Positions 23,651 through 33,129 of a stretch of DNA of 37,433 nucleotides are shown here, piece after piece. The stretch is from a virus. Its lineage: Duplodnaviria > Caudoviricetes. The translations under genes and the position numbers were made by a program. Every line of letters begins with the position of its first letter. Within the stretch, counting starts at the first letter, position 1. Below the pieces are notes generated by a model, which saw only the letters and a program-made list of their open reading frames with translations, ran no database searches and was not told where the DNA came from. The stretch spans positions 1 through 37,433 of the IMG/VR virus record IMGVR_UViG_3300011338_000534. One strand, written 5' to 3'.

Positions 23651-25257
23651 TGGAAACTCGTTCCCTCTGCCTCAAACTCAGGCTTGCCGACACGAACAAA
23701 CGACGGACTGCTGCTTGCGGACAGTTTAATGCGAGCAACCCGCCCTGTCGCGCGAAAATCTTTCTTTGAGCGGCCCGGCGTTAGAACATATGGCCCGTGT
23801 TCAACCTCGTTAGCCTGCGGATATTTCCGCGTCACTACGGTCAGATTGACCGGCCCGACCTGACCTTCAAAGTCCGGCCACACCCCTTTCAGCATCAGCA
23901 TCTGAGAGGCGTCGCCGATGTATTGGTCTGCCGTCTCCATGCTCCACGACAACACGTTGCCGTCCGCAGACTGCCCGCGCTCATGGAGATAAATGCGCCC
24001 GTTGGAATCGGTGCCGATAGGATAAGCCCCTGGTCCCGCGTCAATCATGGCCGTGCGCGAGAGATTACCACGCGACCACGAACCGTCCAAAGTGCAGGCC
24101 GCAACGTAGCGGTTGTTTTCCGAGCCGTTCACCACATCCGCCGTCACCAGCAGGGTCGAGCCGGTTCCGTCATCGACGGTTTCGACGCTATCAGCCAAAA
24201 GGTCGATGCCAGGCACATCATCGCCCGTCGTGTCGGGATAATCCCAACGCACCTCGCCAAACTCCGCGCAGCTTGACGCATAAACCTTGTCCTGCTGCAC
24301 CGACGAAAGCGACGCCTTCACATCCGCTTGGATAGGGCTAGGAATCAGTTGCGGCGCACCGCCCAAGGCGCATTGGTAGAACTGGGCTTCCGTACTCATC
24401 CAATAGGCCACTTGCGAAACGACAACCGCCGCATTCGGCCCGATCAGTCCGCAATGCTCTCCGACCCGGTCAAAACGCCACGTCTGGTCTGGGCTTCCGA
24501 TAAACTGGCCACGGAAAAGGTTGGAATCCGTCCAGACATAGACCAGATCACCAATCAGGCGAGCGCCAACAATTCGGCCACCACCTTCAAGAATGACCTC
24601 GCCAGCGTTGTTCGTTGCCGTGGTTGTCCAGACGGTCGGAGCCTCAATGTCGGAGAACCGGATGCACAGCGGGTTAAAATCGCCGGACGATTCCTCATTG
24701 CAGCCGAACGCCATCACCTGCCGTTGAGGCACAACGAGCGTGTAAGTCACCTCATCCGGCGCATTGGCAAGTTCGATTGCCGCCGTTCCCGTATCCAGCG
24801 GCCAAATGTAAATCGTTTGGCCTCGCGGGTTGGCAATCATGTCCGCGCCGTAACTGGATAGGCTCCACGTCATCGGGAAATAATCGACCGTTGACGGCTC
24901 CGAATATTGGCCCGTTGAATAGGTGCCGGTGCCATAGCCTTGGCCACCCGTTCCATCGACGGCCCCCGCCACGAACGATGTAGGCGTGATGTCGTAAAGA
25001 CCGCCGCCATACGACACCTCTAGCCCCAAGGCCGAGCCGTAGCCGACGACAAGGTTTCCGGTGTTGTCCGTGTAGGAATAGATGCCACGGCAGGGCGCGA
25101 GAAGGGTGTCGCCGCTAAACCGCTCCCACCCGCCGATAACCTGGGGCTTGCCGCGCCAAAACCGCACCTTGTCAACGTCTGCCCACGCGCCAGAACCGAC
25201 ACTGAAAACCGTGTCGTCTCGATTAAGGCCCGCGCCAATGACAAGGGGAACGCGCAT
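23647..25257 (-). CDS. Tail nozzle/head-closure protein (P22 gp10 or tubular-B-like)
   Basis: 536 aa, beta-rich, with IRFSD.E and CGLIGPNA motifs. Confidence 0.75.
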   Translation of the reverse strand: MRVPLVIGAGLNRDDTVFSVGSGAWADVDKVRFWRGKPQVIGGWERFSGDTLLAPCRGIYSYTDNTGNLVVGYGSALGLEVSYGGGLYDITPTSFVAGAVDGTGGQGYGTGTYSTGQYSEPSTVDYFPMTWSLSSYGADMIANPRGQTIYIWPLDTGTAAIELANAPDEVTYTLVVPQRQVMAFGCNEESSGDFNPLCIRFSDIEAPTVWTTTATNNAGEVILEGGGRIVGARLIGDLVYVWTDSNLFRGQFIGSPDQTWRFDRVGEHCGLIGPNAAVVVSQVAYWMSTEAQFYQCALGGAPQLIPSPIQADVKASLSSVQQDKVYASSCAEFGEVRWDYPDTTGDDVPGIDLLADSVETVDDGTGSTLLVTADVVNGSENNRYVAACTLDGSWSRGNLSRTAMIDAGPGAYPIGTDSNGRIYLHERGQSADGNVLSWSMETADQYIGDASQMLMLKGVWPDFEGQVGPVNLTVVTRKYPQANEVEHGPYVLTPGRSKKDFRATGRVARIKLSASSSPSFVRVGKPEFEAEGTSFQ

Positions 25258-26675
25258 CAGGTTTTGATCAGGAACACGACGGCGACGTTACGGGGCCGCG
25301 TCTCAGTGCCTCCGGTAAGTCCCGTGTCATAAGCCGTGATGGTTTCCGACCCGGTCGATCCCGAAACCGTCAAGCCGGAACCGCCATCCGACGAACATGA
25401 CGGAGGGCTAACCGAGTGAACGTGGGCCTCCAGTTCATCCGCTTGAGAACTCGCAAAGGCGCGAGCGGGGTCAATGCCTCGCCCGTTATCCCAGCCACGG
25501 ATAAACTCGCCGCGAAGGTCCGGAAGGTTAAAGGTCGTCGAACCGTCACCGACGCCCCAGACGGTCCCAACCGCCGCAAACAGCGCCGCATAAGTCACCC
25601 GCGAAACCGCCGAACCATTGCAAACCAGATAGCCGGATGGTGGCGAAGATGCCGCAAACTGAATGATGGAACCGGCAGGCAAGGCCACCAGACGAACGGC
25701 AGCAGCCGAAAGCGTCATAGCCCCCGACACGTTGGACGTTCCATTAAAGCCGCTCAGGGTGCCCGTTACGTCTCCAGTAAGGCTCAAGTCCCTAGCCGTG
25801 GCCAATGCGGTTGCCGTCGAGGCATTGCCCGTCAGCGCACCGGACAGAGCCGTAAAGACGCCAGACGGGCCAGACACAGCACCCGTAAACACCGCGCCCG
25901 ACGTTTGAGCCGCCCCGACGATGCGCGAATCATTGCCCGCAGCGACCGTTCCCGCAGTCGTGCCGACATTCAGCAGCGCCGCACCGCCAAGGGACAGTTT
26001 AGTCCGCATCGTGGCCGGTGAAGACCATGCAGCCGCAGAACCATCACTGGTCAGCGTGTAGTCCGTTGTCCCTGAAAACGACGGGAATACCGTAGCCCAG
26101 AGCGTTGACGTTCCGTTGGTTTGCAGGAACTTGCCCGCCTCGCCCGCCTGACCTGGCAGCGAAGCCGACGCAAATGCCGTCGCGTCCGTATAGGCTTGTG
26201 CCGCTGCTAGAACCGCGTCGATTTGCTGCTTATTGACCGCATCCAGCGCATTGGAGCCATTGGCGACGTTCTTAAGCACACTGTTCTGAAAGTCCGTCCG
26301 AGCCGCAATCCGGCAATCCGTGCCGTCGCAGATCACCGGCACCGTATCGCCAGCGGCCACCGTTGCGCCCGTAGCGCCTGCCGTGATGACGACGTTTCCG
26401 CTCGATGCGTTGCGGACGATGTAAAGCTTGGACTGCCCCGGCACCGTCACCGTCCCGCCAGCACCCGAACATGACAGCATCATGCTCCGCGCTTGGTTGG
26501 CGACGTAGTTGGTAGAGGTCAGCGTGATCGGATACGACGAAATAGCCGTGGTCGCGGCAATAGCCTCCGTCAGCCGTTGCAGCGCGGAGTTCAAGTTCGG
26601 ATCGCCCCAGACGTTGAGGTTTTCACCCGCCGCCTGTTGCTCAATGTTCAAGAGTGGCGTTGGACTAGAGGGCAT
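25257..26675 (-). CDS. Tail fibre with a collar domain
   Basis: PAGSII.FA....PSGYL.CNGSAVSR.TYAALFA.VGT.WG.GDGSTTFNLPDLRGEFIRGWD and ETRPRNVA. Confidence 0.88.
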   Translation of the reverse strand: MPSSPTPLLNIEQQAAGENLNVWGDPNLNSALQRLTEAIAATTAISSYPITLTSTNYVANQARSMMLSCSGAGGTVTVPGQSKLYIVRNASSGNVVITAGATGATVAAGDTVPVICDGTDCRIAARTDFQNSVLKNVANGSNALDAVNKQQIDAVLAAAQAYTDATAFASASLPGQAGEAGKFLQTNGTSTLWATVFPSFSGTTDYTLTSDGSAAAWSSPATMRTKLSLGGAALLNVGTTAGTVAAGNDSRIVGAAQTSGAVFTGAVSGPSGVFTALSGALTGNASTATALATARDLSLTGDVTGTLSGFNGTSNVSGAMTLSAAAVRLVALPAGSIIQFAASSPPSGYLVCNGSAVSRVTYAALFAAVGTVWGVGDGSTTFNLPDLRGEFIRGWDNGRGIDPARAFASSQADELEAHVHSVSPPSCSSDGGSGLTVSGSTGSETITAYDTGLTGGTETRPRNVAVVFLIKT

Positions 26676-26892
26676 TCCACGTCGCTCCGTTGGAAACCTT
26701 CACACCGTTCGTGGTCAGGTCATAAACAAGGCACGACTTCCATTGTGCCGGGTCTGGCAGATTGGCAGTCGTGTATCCGGTGAGCTGCAAGGGGCGACGC
26801 GACAGCACGAACAGTTGCTGAATCTGCAACGCGGCCCGCTTCCACCACAAAGGCGATTCCGGCTCAATCAGGATGGCGTTAGGCGCTACCAT
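26665..26892 (-). CDS. Small tail-associated protein
   Basis: 75 aa with YTTANLP...LVYD...VSNGATW; overlaps both neighbours. Confidence 0.6.
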   Translation of the reverse strand: MVAPNAILIEPESPLWWKRAALQIQQLFVLSRRPLQLTGYTTANLPDPAQWKSCLVYDLTTNGVKVSNGATWNAL

Positions 26893-27515
26893 GAGCCGCG
26901 CATCCTTCCCGTGCCAAGGAGTTGCGCCACGCTATTGCGGAGGTCTGCCAATGCCTCTTGCTCCGCACCGAGCGCAATATTAGCGCCTTCCGCATCACGG
27001 AAATAATCCCGATACAGCAGATAGCGAACGCGAGCGGCAAGGAGGTCATAACCGTCCGTCAGCCATGCGTTCGTTGACGTGCCGTCGCTATAGTCAAGCG
27101 CGGGCGTCACGTCTGCAACACCGAGGAAGGTCAGCGGATAGGCGGTGTTTGGCACGGGGTAGAGACGAACCTGGCCCGTCTGCACCGAATAGTCCGTAGG
27201 CTGGCCGCTCGTGGTCGCGTAGCCGTTCCATTCCTCAATCACCTGCCATGCCTGCGGGCGAAGCGGATAGGCATTAGAGCCGACCGTGACTGACAGATAG
27301 TCAATCATCCGAATGCCGGTCGGAAGCGTCACATATTCATTGTTGGCCACCGTCGTCGCGGTCTGGCGATATTCATTGAACGTGAACCGCTGGACCGCAT
27401 AAAACTCAATCGCGCGAGAGATTACCTCATCAAGCGCGGATGCTAGGTCATCTGCCAGATCATCGCGGTTCGTCTCAGCAATGATGCGGGCTTTGAGGTC
27501 AGCGAGGGTTGCCAT
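26886..27515 (-). CDS. Head-tail adaptor (tubular-A-like)
   Basis: T.ADLKA.I....NR.DL start and GQP..Y...VRLYPVP motif; follows the head genes. Confidence 0.75.
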   Translation of the reverse strand: MATLADLKARIIAETNRDDLADDLASALDEVISRAIEFYAVQRFTFNEYRQTATTVANNEYVTLPTGIRMIDYLSVTVGSNAYPLRPQAWQVIEEWNGYATTSGQPTDYSVQTGQVRLYPVPNTAYPLTFLGVADVTPALDYSDGTSTNAWLTDGYDLLAARVRYLLYRDYFRDAEGANIALGAEQEALADLRNSVAQLLGTGRMRGSW

Positions 27516-27525
27516 TCAAGGGGTC

Positions 27526-27553
27526 GGAGCGGGCTTTTACACCCGCTCCTTTT
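27526..27553. terminator. Hairpin after the head genes
   Basis: GGAGCGGG-CTTTTACA-CCCGCTCC; the T run follows on the plus strand, so termination on the coding (minus) strand is uncertain. Confidence 0.5.
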
Positions 27554-27555
27554 CC

Positions 27556-27954
27556 TTAGGCGTTCGGGACGTAAGCCACGACAATCGTGGCGGCACCCGT
27601 GGTCGCAGCCGTGCCGCTCTGGGTGTATTTCCAGAACAGTTCGGTGTCAGCCGAAGCCGACATGATGCCGCCGAGCGTGGCCGGAACCACGTTGGTAACA
27701 CCGACAGCGGTTTCATCTGCACCACCGGCAGCAACCAGCGCGTCATCATCGGAACCAGTGCCGACAATGAGAACGTTGGTGGTGCCAGCGTTGAAGACGG
27801 TTTGAATGCCGACCGAGGTGAAAAGCACCACGGCACCGGCAGGAAGCGCAGCGCCCAGCGACACCGACGTTCCAGATGCCACCGAGTTAAAGGCGACATT
27901 GGCGCGGATGTAGTGGATTTCCTGCGTAGCGTTTTGACGTGCGGTAACAGCCAT
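27556..27954 (-). CDS. Putative capsid decoration/cement protein
   Basis: 132 aa, A/T/G/V-rich with LPAGAVV; directly after the capsid gene; TAAGGAG SD. Confidence 0.7.
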   Translation of the reverse strand: MAVTARQNATQEIHYIRANVAFNSVASGTSVSLGAALPAGAVVLFTSVGIQTVFNAGTTNVLIVGTGSDDDALVAAGGADETAVGVTNVVPATLGGIMSASADTELFWKYTQSGTAATTGAATIVVAYVPNA

Positions 27955-27965
27955 TATCCCACTCC

Positions 27966-29015
27966 TTAAGCGGTATAGGTGTGAACGCCGATTTTCGAGA
28001 AATCAGCAGAGTTGTAGCGAACCGCTTTCAGGCCGAAGATGCAGCCCGCCTCGACACCCAGTTGGTTGCCGTAGTCGAACAGTTCTTCGTTCCAGTCCCA
28101 CGAACCGTAGTCCTGACCACCGCCAAAGCCGAGAACAACGGCCTGAGCGCCAGCGAGAACGGCACGGCGAGTGTTGGCGACCGTTGCACCCGTAGACGAG
28201 TTGACCCCCGGAGTGATGCGGGTCGATTCATGCAGGATGACGCCGTTATACATCCCCAGAGCGCCCGTGAAGATCGGGTTGCTGCGCGAACCGTCGCCGG
28301 TCGTTGCGGCCTTCTGGATGTCAAGCCACTGACCAGCCGAGGTGTTGGTCCGCAGTTGCGTCACCTGGTTGGTGTGCAGGAACATCACATACCGATCCTC
28401 GCCGTTCATTTTGAGCGGACGAATGACCGGAGTTGCGAGTTTGGCTGCGGCAACGGCAGAGTCGATCAGTTGCAGGGTGAATTCATCGCCAGTGGTCAGC
28501 GATTGGTCGTTAGCCCGCGAGTTCGGGCGGATAACCGTGGTCGGAGCCAGAACGGCGTTGTTGCCGGTATAGCGAAGGTCGGTCTGCACGGTGTAGCCGC
28601 ACAGTTGGTTGAAGAAGGCGGTGTCCATGCGACCGGCCCACCAATCGACCAGGCCATCCTTGGCTTCCTCGCGGATGCTCCACGGGATGCGCTGCTCAGT
28701 CATCTTGCCAGCGGAACGAACCGCGTGGCGAAGCTGATCAATCAGCAGGTTGTCGGTGTAGGTGGTCAGACGCTCTTCGTTGCCTTCCAGAGTGCCGTCG
28801 CCCAGCACACCATCGCCGGTCAACTGCATCCGCAGGGTCATGGTCAGACGGTCGCCCGCCGACTTTTTGAAGTCGTCTTTTTGCTGGATCAGGCTGTCAG
28901 AGCTGTCACCAATGAACTTGCCAATCCACGTTGCCTTGAGGGCTTCGCGCATCAGCGCCTTGGACCAAAGCTTTACAGCTTCGGGAGCGTTCACGCCGTA
29001 TGAAGTCAGGGCCAT
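27966..29015 (-). CDS. Major capsid protein (N4-gp56/DUF4043-like)
   Basis: VKLWS, K.AGD.....L...L.G.GV.GD..LEGNEE.L and IDQLRHAV motifs; GGAGG SD before the ATG at 29015. Confidence 0.9.
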   Translation of the reverse strand: MALTSYGVNAPEAVKLWSKALMREALKATWIGKFIGDSSDSLIQQKDDFKKSAGDRLTMTLRMQLTGDGVLGDGTLEGNEERLTTYTDNLLIDQLRHAVRSAGKMTEQRIPWSIREEAKDGLVDWWAGRMDTAFFNQLCGYTVQTDLRYTGNNAVLAPTTVIRPNSRANDQSLTTGDEFTLQLIDSAVAAAKLATPVIRPLKMNGEDRYVMFLHTNQVTQLRTNTSAGQWLDIQKAATTGDGSRSNPIFTGALGMYNGVILHESTRITPGVNSSTGATVANTRRAVLAGAQAVVLGFGGGQDYGSWDWNEELFDYGNQLGVEAGCIFGLKAVRYNSADFSKIGVHTYTA

Positions 29016-29124
29016 TTGGGCCTCCACAGTGAATGAGGGGTCGTTCTCGCGTTGGGCTACCGTGCCAACATCCGAACGGCATCCTCACCCGCCGTGGGTT
29101 TGGTTCGTCCCGTGAACCGCCCGA

Positions 29125-30024
29125 CTACCCTGCCCGACGCTGTTGCGAGCGCAACTTGGCGAACGCCGCATCGAACGCCGCACCATCAAGCCTCGTGACC
29201 GACTCCGCAGACAACTCACCGTCGCCCATCTTGCCGCTCATTCCGCTGAGGGAGCGTGAAGCCTTTTGGCCTCGATCAATCGTTTCCAACCTTTTGCCCA
29301 GTTTGTCAACCTGCGCGGGGTTAGACTTTCCCCCAACACCACCGAACCCGCGATTTTTTGCCAGTTTGTAAACGACTTCCGCAGGGTCTTTGCCGGATTG
29401 CAGCGACCTCGCCACAAGCCCGACCAGTTCGGTCGTCAGCGCCGCAGTCAGTTCGTCGCCGTCATAACCCTGCTCTTGAAGCTCCAAAATGCGGGCCTCA
29501 CGGAAATGCTTGGCTGCATCGTTGTAGTCGGGGTTCGTCTCGATGAAATCCGCCTCATACTCCTGCATCCGCGCATTGATCTGCTGGAACTGGCGCTGTT
29601 GTGCGGTCTGGGCTTGCGTCGCCCGTTGCGTCTCTTGCTCGCGCTGCGTCAGTTTGAGCGCAATCTTCCGCAGGGCCTCGATGTTGCCGATAGGGTCCGT
29701 GTCCACATCAGGGATGGCCGACAGGTCAACGTCATCATTGCCACGGCCACGGCCTTCAAGAGCCGCAAGCCGCGCCTCAAGTGCTTCTGCCCGAGCCTCC
29801 GCAGCCTGGCGTTGGCGACGCTCCGCATGGGCCATGCGAGACTTGTCAGCGGCTACGCGCTCAAGCTTCTCCACATCCTTTGAGACGGCAGGCTTTTCAG
29901 CAGGCGCATCATCCGCCCCGCCTTCATCGCCTCCGGCATCGTCTTGCTCTTGAGCCTGACGGGCTTCGTCCATCTCCGCTTCAAAACCGTCGTCGCTTTG
30001 GTCGTCATAAGAAACGTCAGACAT
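29125..30024 (-). CDS. Scaffolding protein
   Basis: Acidic N-terminus, coiled coils and DPAE.VY.LAK..G; lies between portal and capsid. Confidence 0.8.
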   Translation of the reverse strand: MSDVSYDDQSDDGFEAEMDEARQAQEQDDAGGDEGGADDAPAEKPAVSKDVEKLERVAADKSRMAHAERRQRQAAEARAEALEARLAALEGRGRGNDDVDLSAIPDVDTDPIGNIEALRKIALKLTQREQETQRATQAQTAQQRQFQQINARMQEYEADFIETNPDYNDAAKHFREARILELQEQGYDGDELTAALTTELVGLVARSLQSGKDPAEVVYKLAKNRGFGGVGGKSNPAQVDKLGKRLETIDRGQKASRSLSGMSGKMGDGELSAESVTRLDGAAFDAAFAKLRSQQRRAG

Positions 30025-31924
30025 TGGGGTTCATCCCTCCTGAAAGATTGGTCACGGTTTGCATCAAGGAAGCTTCCGCATCGTTCCGCATGGCCTCCGT
30101 CAAGTCTCTCGCCGCCTCAGCGTCGCTCTGTTGAGCCTGAGCCTCGTTCTTCGCCGCCTCGCTCGCCGTCTTGCGGACGGATTGTTCCATTTGAGACATT
30201 CCGAGCGCAGCAGCCTTTTCCGCCGCAGGGTCAGGCGGTGGCGGGGTCATCAAGCTCTTCACAATCTTCTCGCTCAGAGCGGCAGGCAGCGGGCTATATC
30301 GGACAATCTCCGCAATAATCTCCGGCGACGCCTCTCCGAACATCCCTTGGAACTGCGTCAGCATAGCGAACACGCGCTCCTTTTGGTTCGGAGACGACGG
30401 AGCCTCATCAACCACCACGTCATACTCTTGCGCCTCTTGCGACAGCGCCAGCGGGACGTATTTGGCCTCGCCATCATCCCCGACAACCCGCACAAGCTGG
30501 TCAGGCGGGAGATACAGTTGCATCATCTTGAGCATCAAGCGGCCCTGTATCTTCCGATACCGCCGGAACGCATTGAAGAAGGCGGACAGGATGCCGTAAG
30601 CCGCTTGTTTGCGCTGATGCTCTAGCACTCCTGGCTGCTGCCGGTCGGCCATGCCTAGAAGCTCAAGGTTCACCCCCGTAACGTCGCGGATCGACGCCAC
30701 CGAAAACTCCAGCATCGGCGGCAACGCCGGGCTAATCGGCTGGTTAGGCTTCTCTTGAATCCGGTTCTGACTAAGCGAGCCGTTCGGAACCCATGTAATC
30801 GCGTCCGTCTGTGCCCAACTGTTCTCGAACTGGCGCTGGTCCGCAACCGCGCCTTCCTCAGCCATCACGCCGCCTTTAGCGCCCTTGATGAACTGTTCAA
30901 GCATGGACGAAAAGAACTTGTTAGCGAACCGTTGCGGGTCTTTCATCGGCCTGACCAGGCCGTAATACGTCCCCTTGTTCCGGTCCCGCTTGCCGGTGAT
31001 GAAGGTATAGGTGAACTTACCCGCCTCAATCTCCGTCTTGTCGTGAACCTCACCGGCCACCACAAACGCTTTCCAATACCGACGCCGCCTCTGCCGGACA
31101 GGGTTAAGCTCAACGCCGGGCATTTCCGCCATCGCGGCTTCTAGCGTTCCATCGTCAACCTCAGCCTCTTCACCCGTCATCGGGTTCTGAATGCGGTTCA
31201 CATAATAGGTGTCAAACCACTGATACTCGCAGACTTGGACCTCGTTCGGGTTGCCTTGGTCGCTCTCGCCGTTCTTGTAACGGACTTGCGGGTCAACGAC
31301 GGTCGGCTGGCGCTGCGTGGTCGAATCCACAAGGTCAAAGTCCAGATCGCCGAACTCCTCCTCCGCTTGCTCCCTCGACATGGGGATTTCACGAATGACA
31401 TACCGCGCATCGGCAAAGTTGGCCTTGCGTGACGACGGATCAACCGAGAACTGTAGTGGGTCGCAACGCTCAATGATGATTTGCCCGTCCGGCTCTTCAT
31501 CGTAGCTAACGCGGGTTTCGGTCGCGCCAATGCCACAGATGAGCGTATCCCGGCACGATTCCGATTCTTCATCCTCAGCGTCGCACGATTGGCGCAGCCA
31601 TTGAGCGCCTTGCGACAGCACGTCCGTAACGCCGGTGTCATTCACCGTCCGAGGCAGATAAGTCACCTCCTGACGGCCCATGATTTCAGCGCCAGACACG
31701 GCGTCAATCGTCGGCTCAACGCGGTTGAACGTCACCGGAATGCGGTTCTGTTCTTCCATCTCCGCAATGGCTTCCTGCGCCCATTGGCGACCGGCCACAA
31801 AGTCATAGTCTTCCCGCGCCTCAGCCTTCCACGTTGACCAATGCGCGTCCGCGTCCTTTTTCCAGCCAGTCAGCTTGGCCAGCAGGTCGTCCGGACCTTC
31901 AAAGTTCGGGCCTTCGTCAGCCAT
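30017..31924 (-). CDS. Portal protein (P22-like)
   Basis: 635 aa; EDYDF..G.QW, FNR..P.ID.V.G, YGLVR.MKDPQ..AN and YDVVVDEAPSS motifs. Confidence 0.92.
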   Translation of the reverse strand: MADEGPNFEGPDDLLAKLTGWKKDADAHWSTWKAEAREDYDFVAGRQWAQEAIAEMEEQNRIPVTFNRVEPTIDAVSGAEIMGRQEVTYLPRTVNDTGVTDVLSQGAQWLRQSCDAEDEESESCRDTLICGIGATETRVSYDEEPDGQIIIERCDPLQFSVDPSSRKANFADARYVIREIPMSREQAEEEFGDLDFDLVDSTTQRQPTVVDPQVRYKNGESDQGNPNEVQVCEYQWFDTYYVNRIQNPMTGEEAEVDDGTLEAAMAEMPGVELNPVRQRRRRYWKAFVVAGEVHDKTEIEAGKFTYTFITGKRDRNKGTYYGLVRPMKDPQRFANKFFSSMLEQFIKGAKGGVMAEEGAVADQRQFENSWAQTDAITWVPNGSLSQNRIQEKPNQPISPALPPMLEFSVASIRDVTGVNLELLGMADRQQPGVLEHQRKQAAYGILSAFFNAFRRYRKIQGRLMLKMMQLYLPPDQLVRVVGDDGEAKYVPLALSQEAQEYDVVVDEAPSSPNQKERVFAMLTQFQGMFGEASPEIIAEIVRYSPLPAALSEKIVKSLMTPPPPDPAAEKAAALGMSQMEQSVRKTASEAAKNEAQAQQSDAEAARDLTEAMRNDAEASLMQTVTNLSGGMNPNV

Positions 31925-32234
31925 GATCCACCGCCTTTATGGCCTGTTTGGTCCGCTTGATGCCGTAATGGGCAATGACCTGCTGCACGACGGGCGAGGC
32001 GACGCCAAAGGACAGATGCTTCCGCACATCCTCTTTCCAAGCCTCAATCTCAGCCACGAACGTCCCCACGTCACACCCCGCCGCGTCCAGATGAAACGCG
32101 CGGAGCCACGGCAGTTCCGGGTTCTGGATGAAATCAATCGACACAACGATTTGATCGGGCGTCTCTTGCGCCCATTGGACCGCATAGCCCTTGGCTTTCA
32201 GTCCGGCTGCAATCTGGCTGGCTTTGATGCTCAA
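31917..32234 (-). CDS. Hypothetical protein
   Basis: 105 aa, overlapping both neighbours. Confidence 0.6.
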   Translation of the reverse strand: MSIKASQIAAGLKAKGYAVQWAQETPDQIVVSIDFIQNPELPWLRAFHLDAAGCDVGTFVAEIEAWKEDVRKHLSFGVASPVVQQVIAHYGIKRTKQAIKAVDHG

Positions 32235-32848
32235 CGGGAAGTCTCCGCATCCGCACTCTCAATCGCCACCATCGCCTGACCCTTGGTGAACAGCGCAGAC
32301 GAAATCAGCCGTTGAGCCACGGTCGGGCCACGACGGCACTCGACCAGCATATGATCCTGGCTCTTCACAATCTCATGGCGGAACGTCCAGACGCGGTTAA
32401 ACCCGTCAACGCGCTTGACCTCGATTTGTCCTTCGTATGCATCCGCCGCATCATGGGAGAATGCATCACGCTGCAGCTCGCTCAGACTGGCGACCGGACG
32501 CGAACCGCCAGCCTCGCCGTCAAAGTCATGATCCAGCGCCACCACTTGTTTAGGTGTCAGCACCACCGCAGGCTCAGGCTTTTGCAATGACGCGCCGTTG
32601 TCCGGAAAAACCGTTAGGTTCTTCGCTTCCTCTATTTCTCGCGAGGAAAGGGGTTCAGCCTCAGCCACCCCTTCGCTATCAGGTCCGACAGCATCCCCGA
32701 AGACGACGGCCAAACCCTCCGCGTCACCATCGTCCGCATCGCCGCTCGCACCGCTCTGGACTTCATTGACGGGGTCAACATGAGCCTCCACAGATTCAAC
32801 GGGACGCAGCTTGGCCGGTCGCCCCGGCTTGCGCTTTGCTTCGGTCAT
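32231..32848 (-). CDS. Hypothetical acidic protein with a basic KRKPGRP N-terminus
   Basis: 205 aa; ATGA overlap. Confidence 0.65.
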   Translation of the reverse strand: MTEAKRKPGRPAKLRPVESVEAHVDPVNEVQSGASGDADDGDAEGLAVVFGDAVGPDSEGVAEAEPLSSREIEEAKNLTVFPDNGASLQKPEPAVVLTPKQVVALDHDFDGEAGGSRPVASLSELQRDAFSHDAADAYEGQIEVKRVDGFNRVWTFRHEIVKSQDHMLVECRRGPTVAQRLISSALFTKGQAMVAIESADAETSR

Positions 32849-32991
32849 GCCTTAACCCTGCACTGAACGGGGATAAACAGTTCCTCTGCTTTCTCCGTCG
32901 CTTCGACGGCTTGCTCTGGCGTGATAACTCCGCGCCCTGCAAGAACCGCAATGGCTTGAATGCAGTCCTTAAAAATCACTATGTCCGTCAT
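32845..32991 (-). CDS. Hypothetical 48-aa protein
   Basis: Start reassigned to the ATG at 32991 (GAGAGG upstream; ATGA overlap). Confidence 0.5.
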   Translation of the reverse strand: MTDIVIFKDCIQAIAVLAGRGVITPEQAVEATEKAEELFIPVQCRVKA

Positions 32992-33080
32992 GTCAGCAGC
33001 CCTCTCAGCATCTTTGCAGCCAATACGTTCCCCGCAGCCTCTAGCCGGGCAATGGCAATGGCCAAAATCTCGCGGTTCAT
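32988..33080 (-). CDS. Hypothetical 30-aa amphipathic peptide (not in ORF track)
   Basis: MNREILAIAIARLEAAGNVLAAKMLRGLLT; GAGG SD; stop coupled to the next start. Confidence 0.45.
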   Translation of the reverse strand: MNREILAIAIARLEAAGNVLAAKMLRGLLT

Positions 33081-33129
33081 GCCGTCCTCGCGCACATTTC
33101 ATCTAGGGTAACGCAACATTCCGCCAAAG

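Noticed and set aside
27981-29003. 340-aa plus-strand ORF antisense to the capsid gene
   Set aside because: It mirrors a strongly codon-biased gene and has no motif or SD; a typical high-GC shadow ORF.
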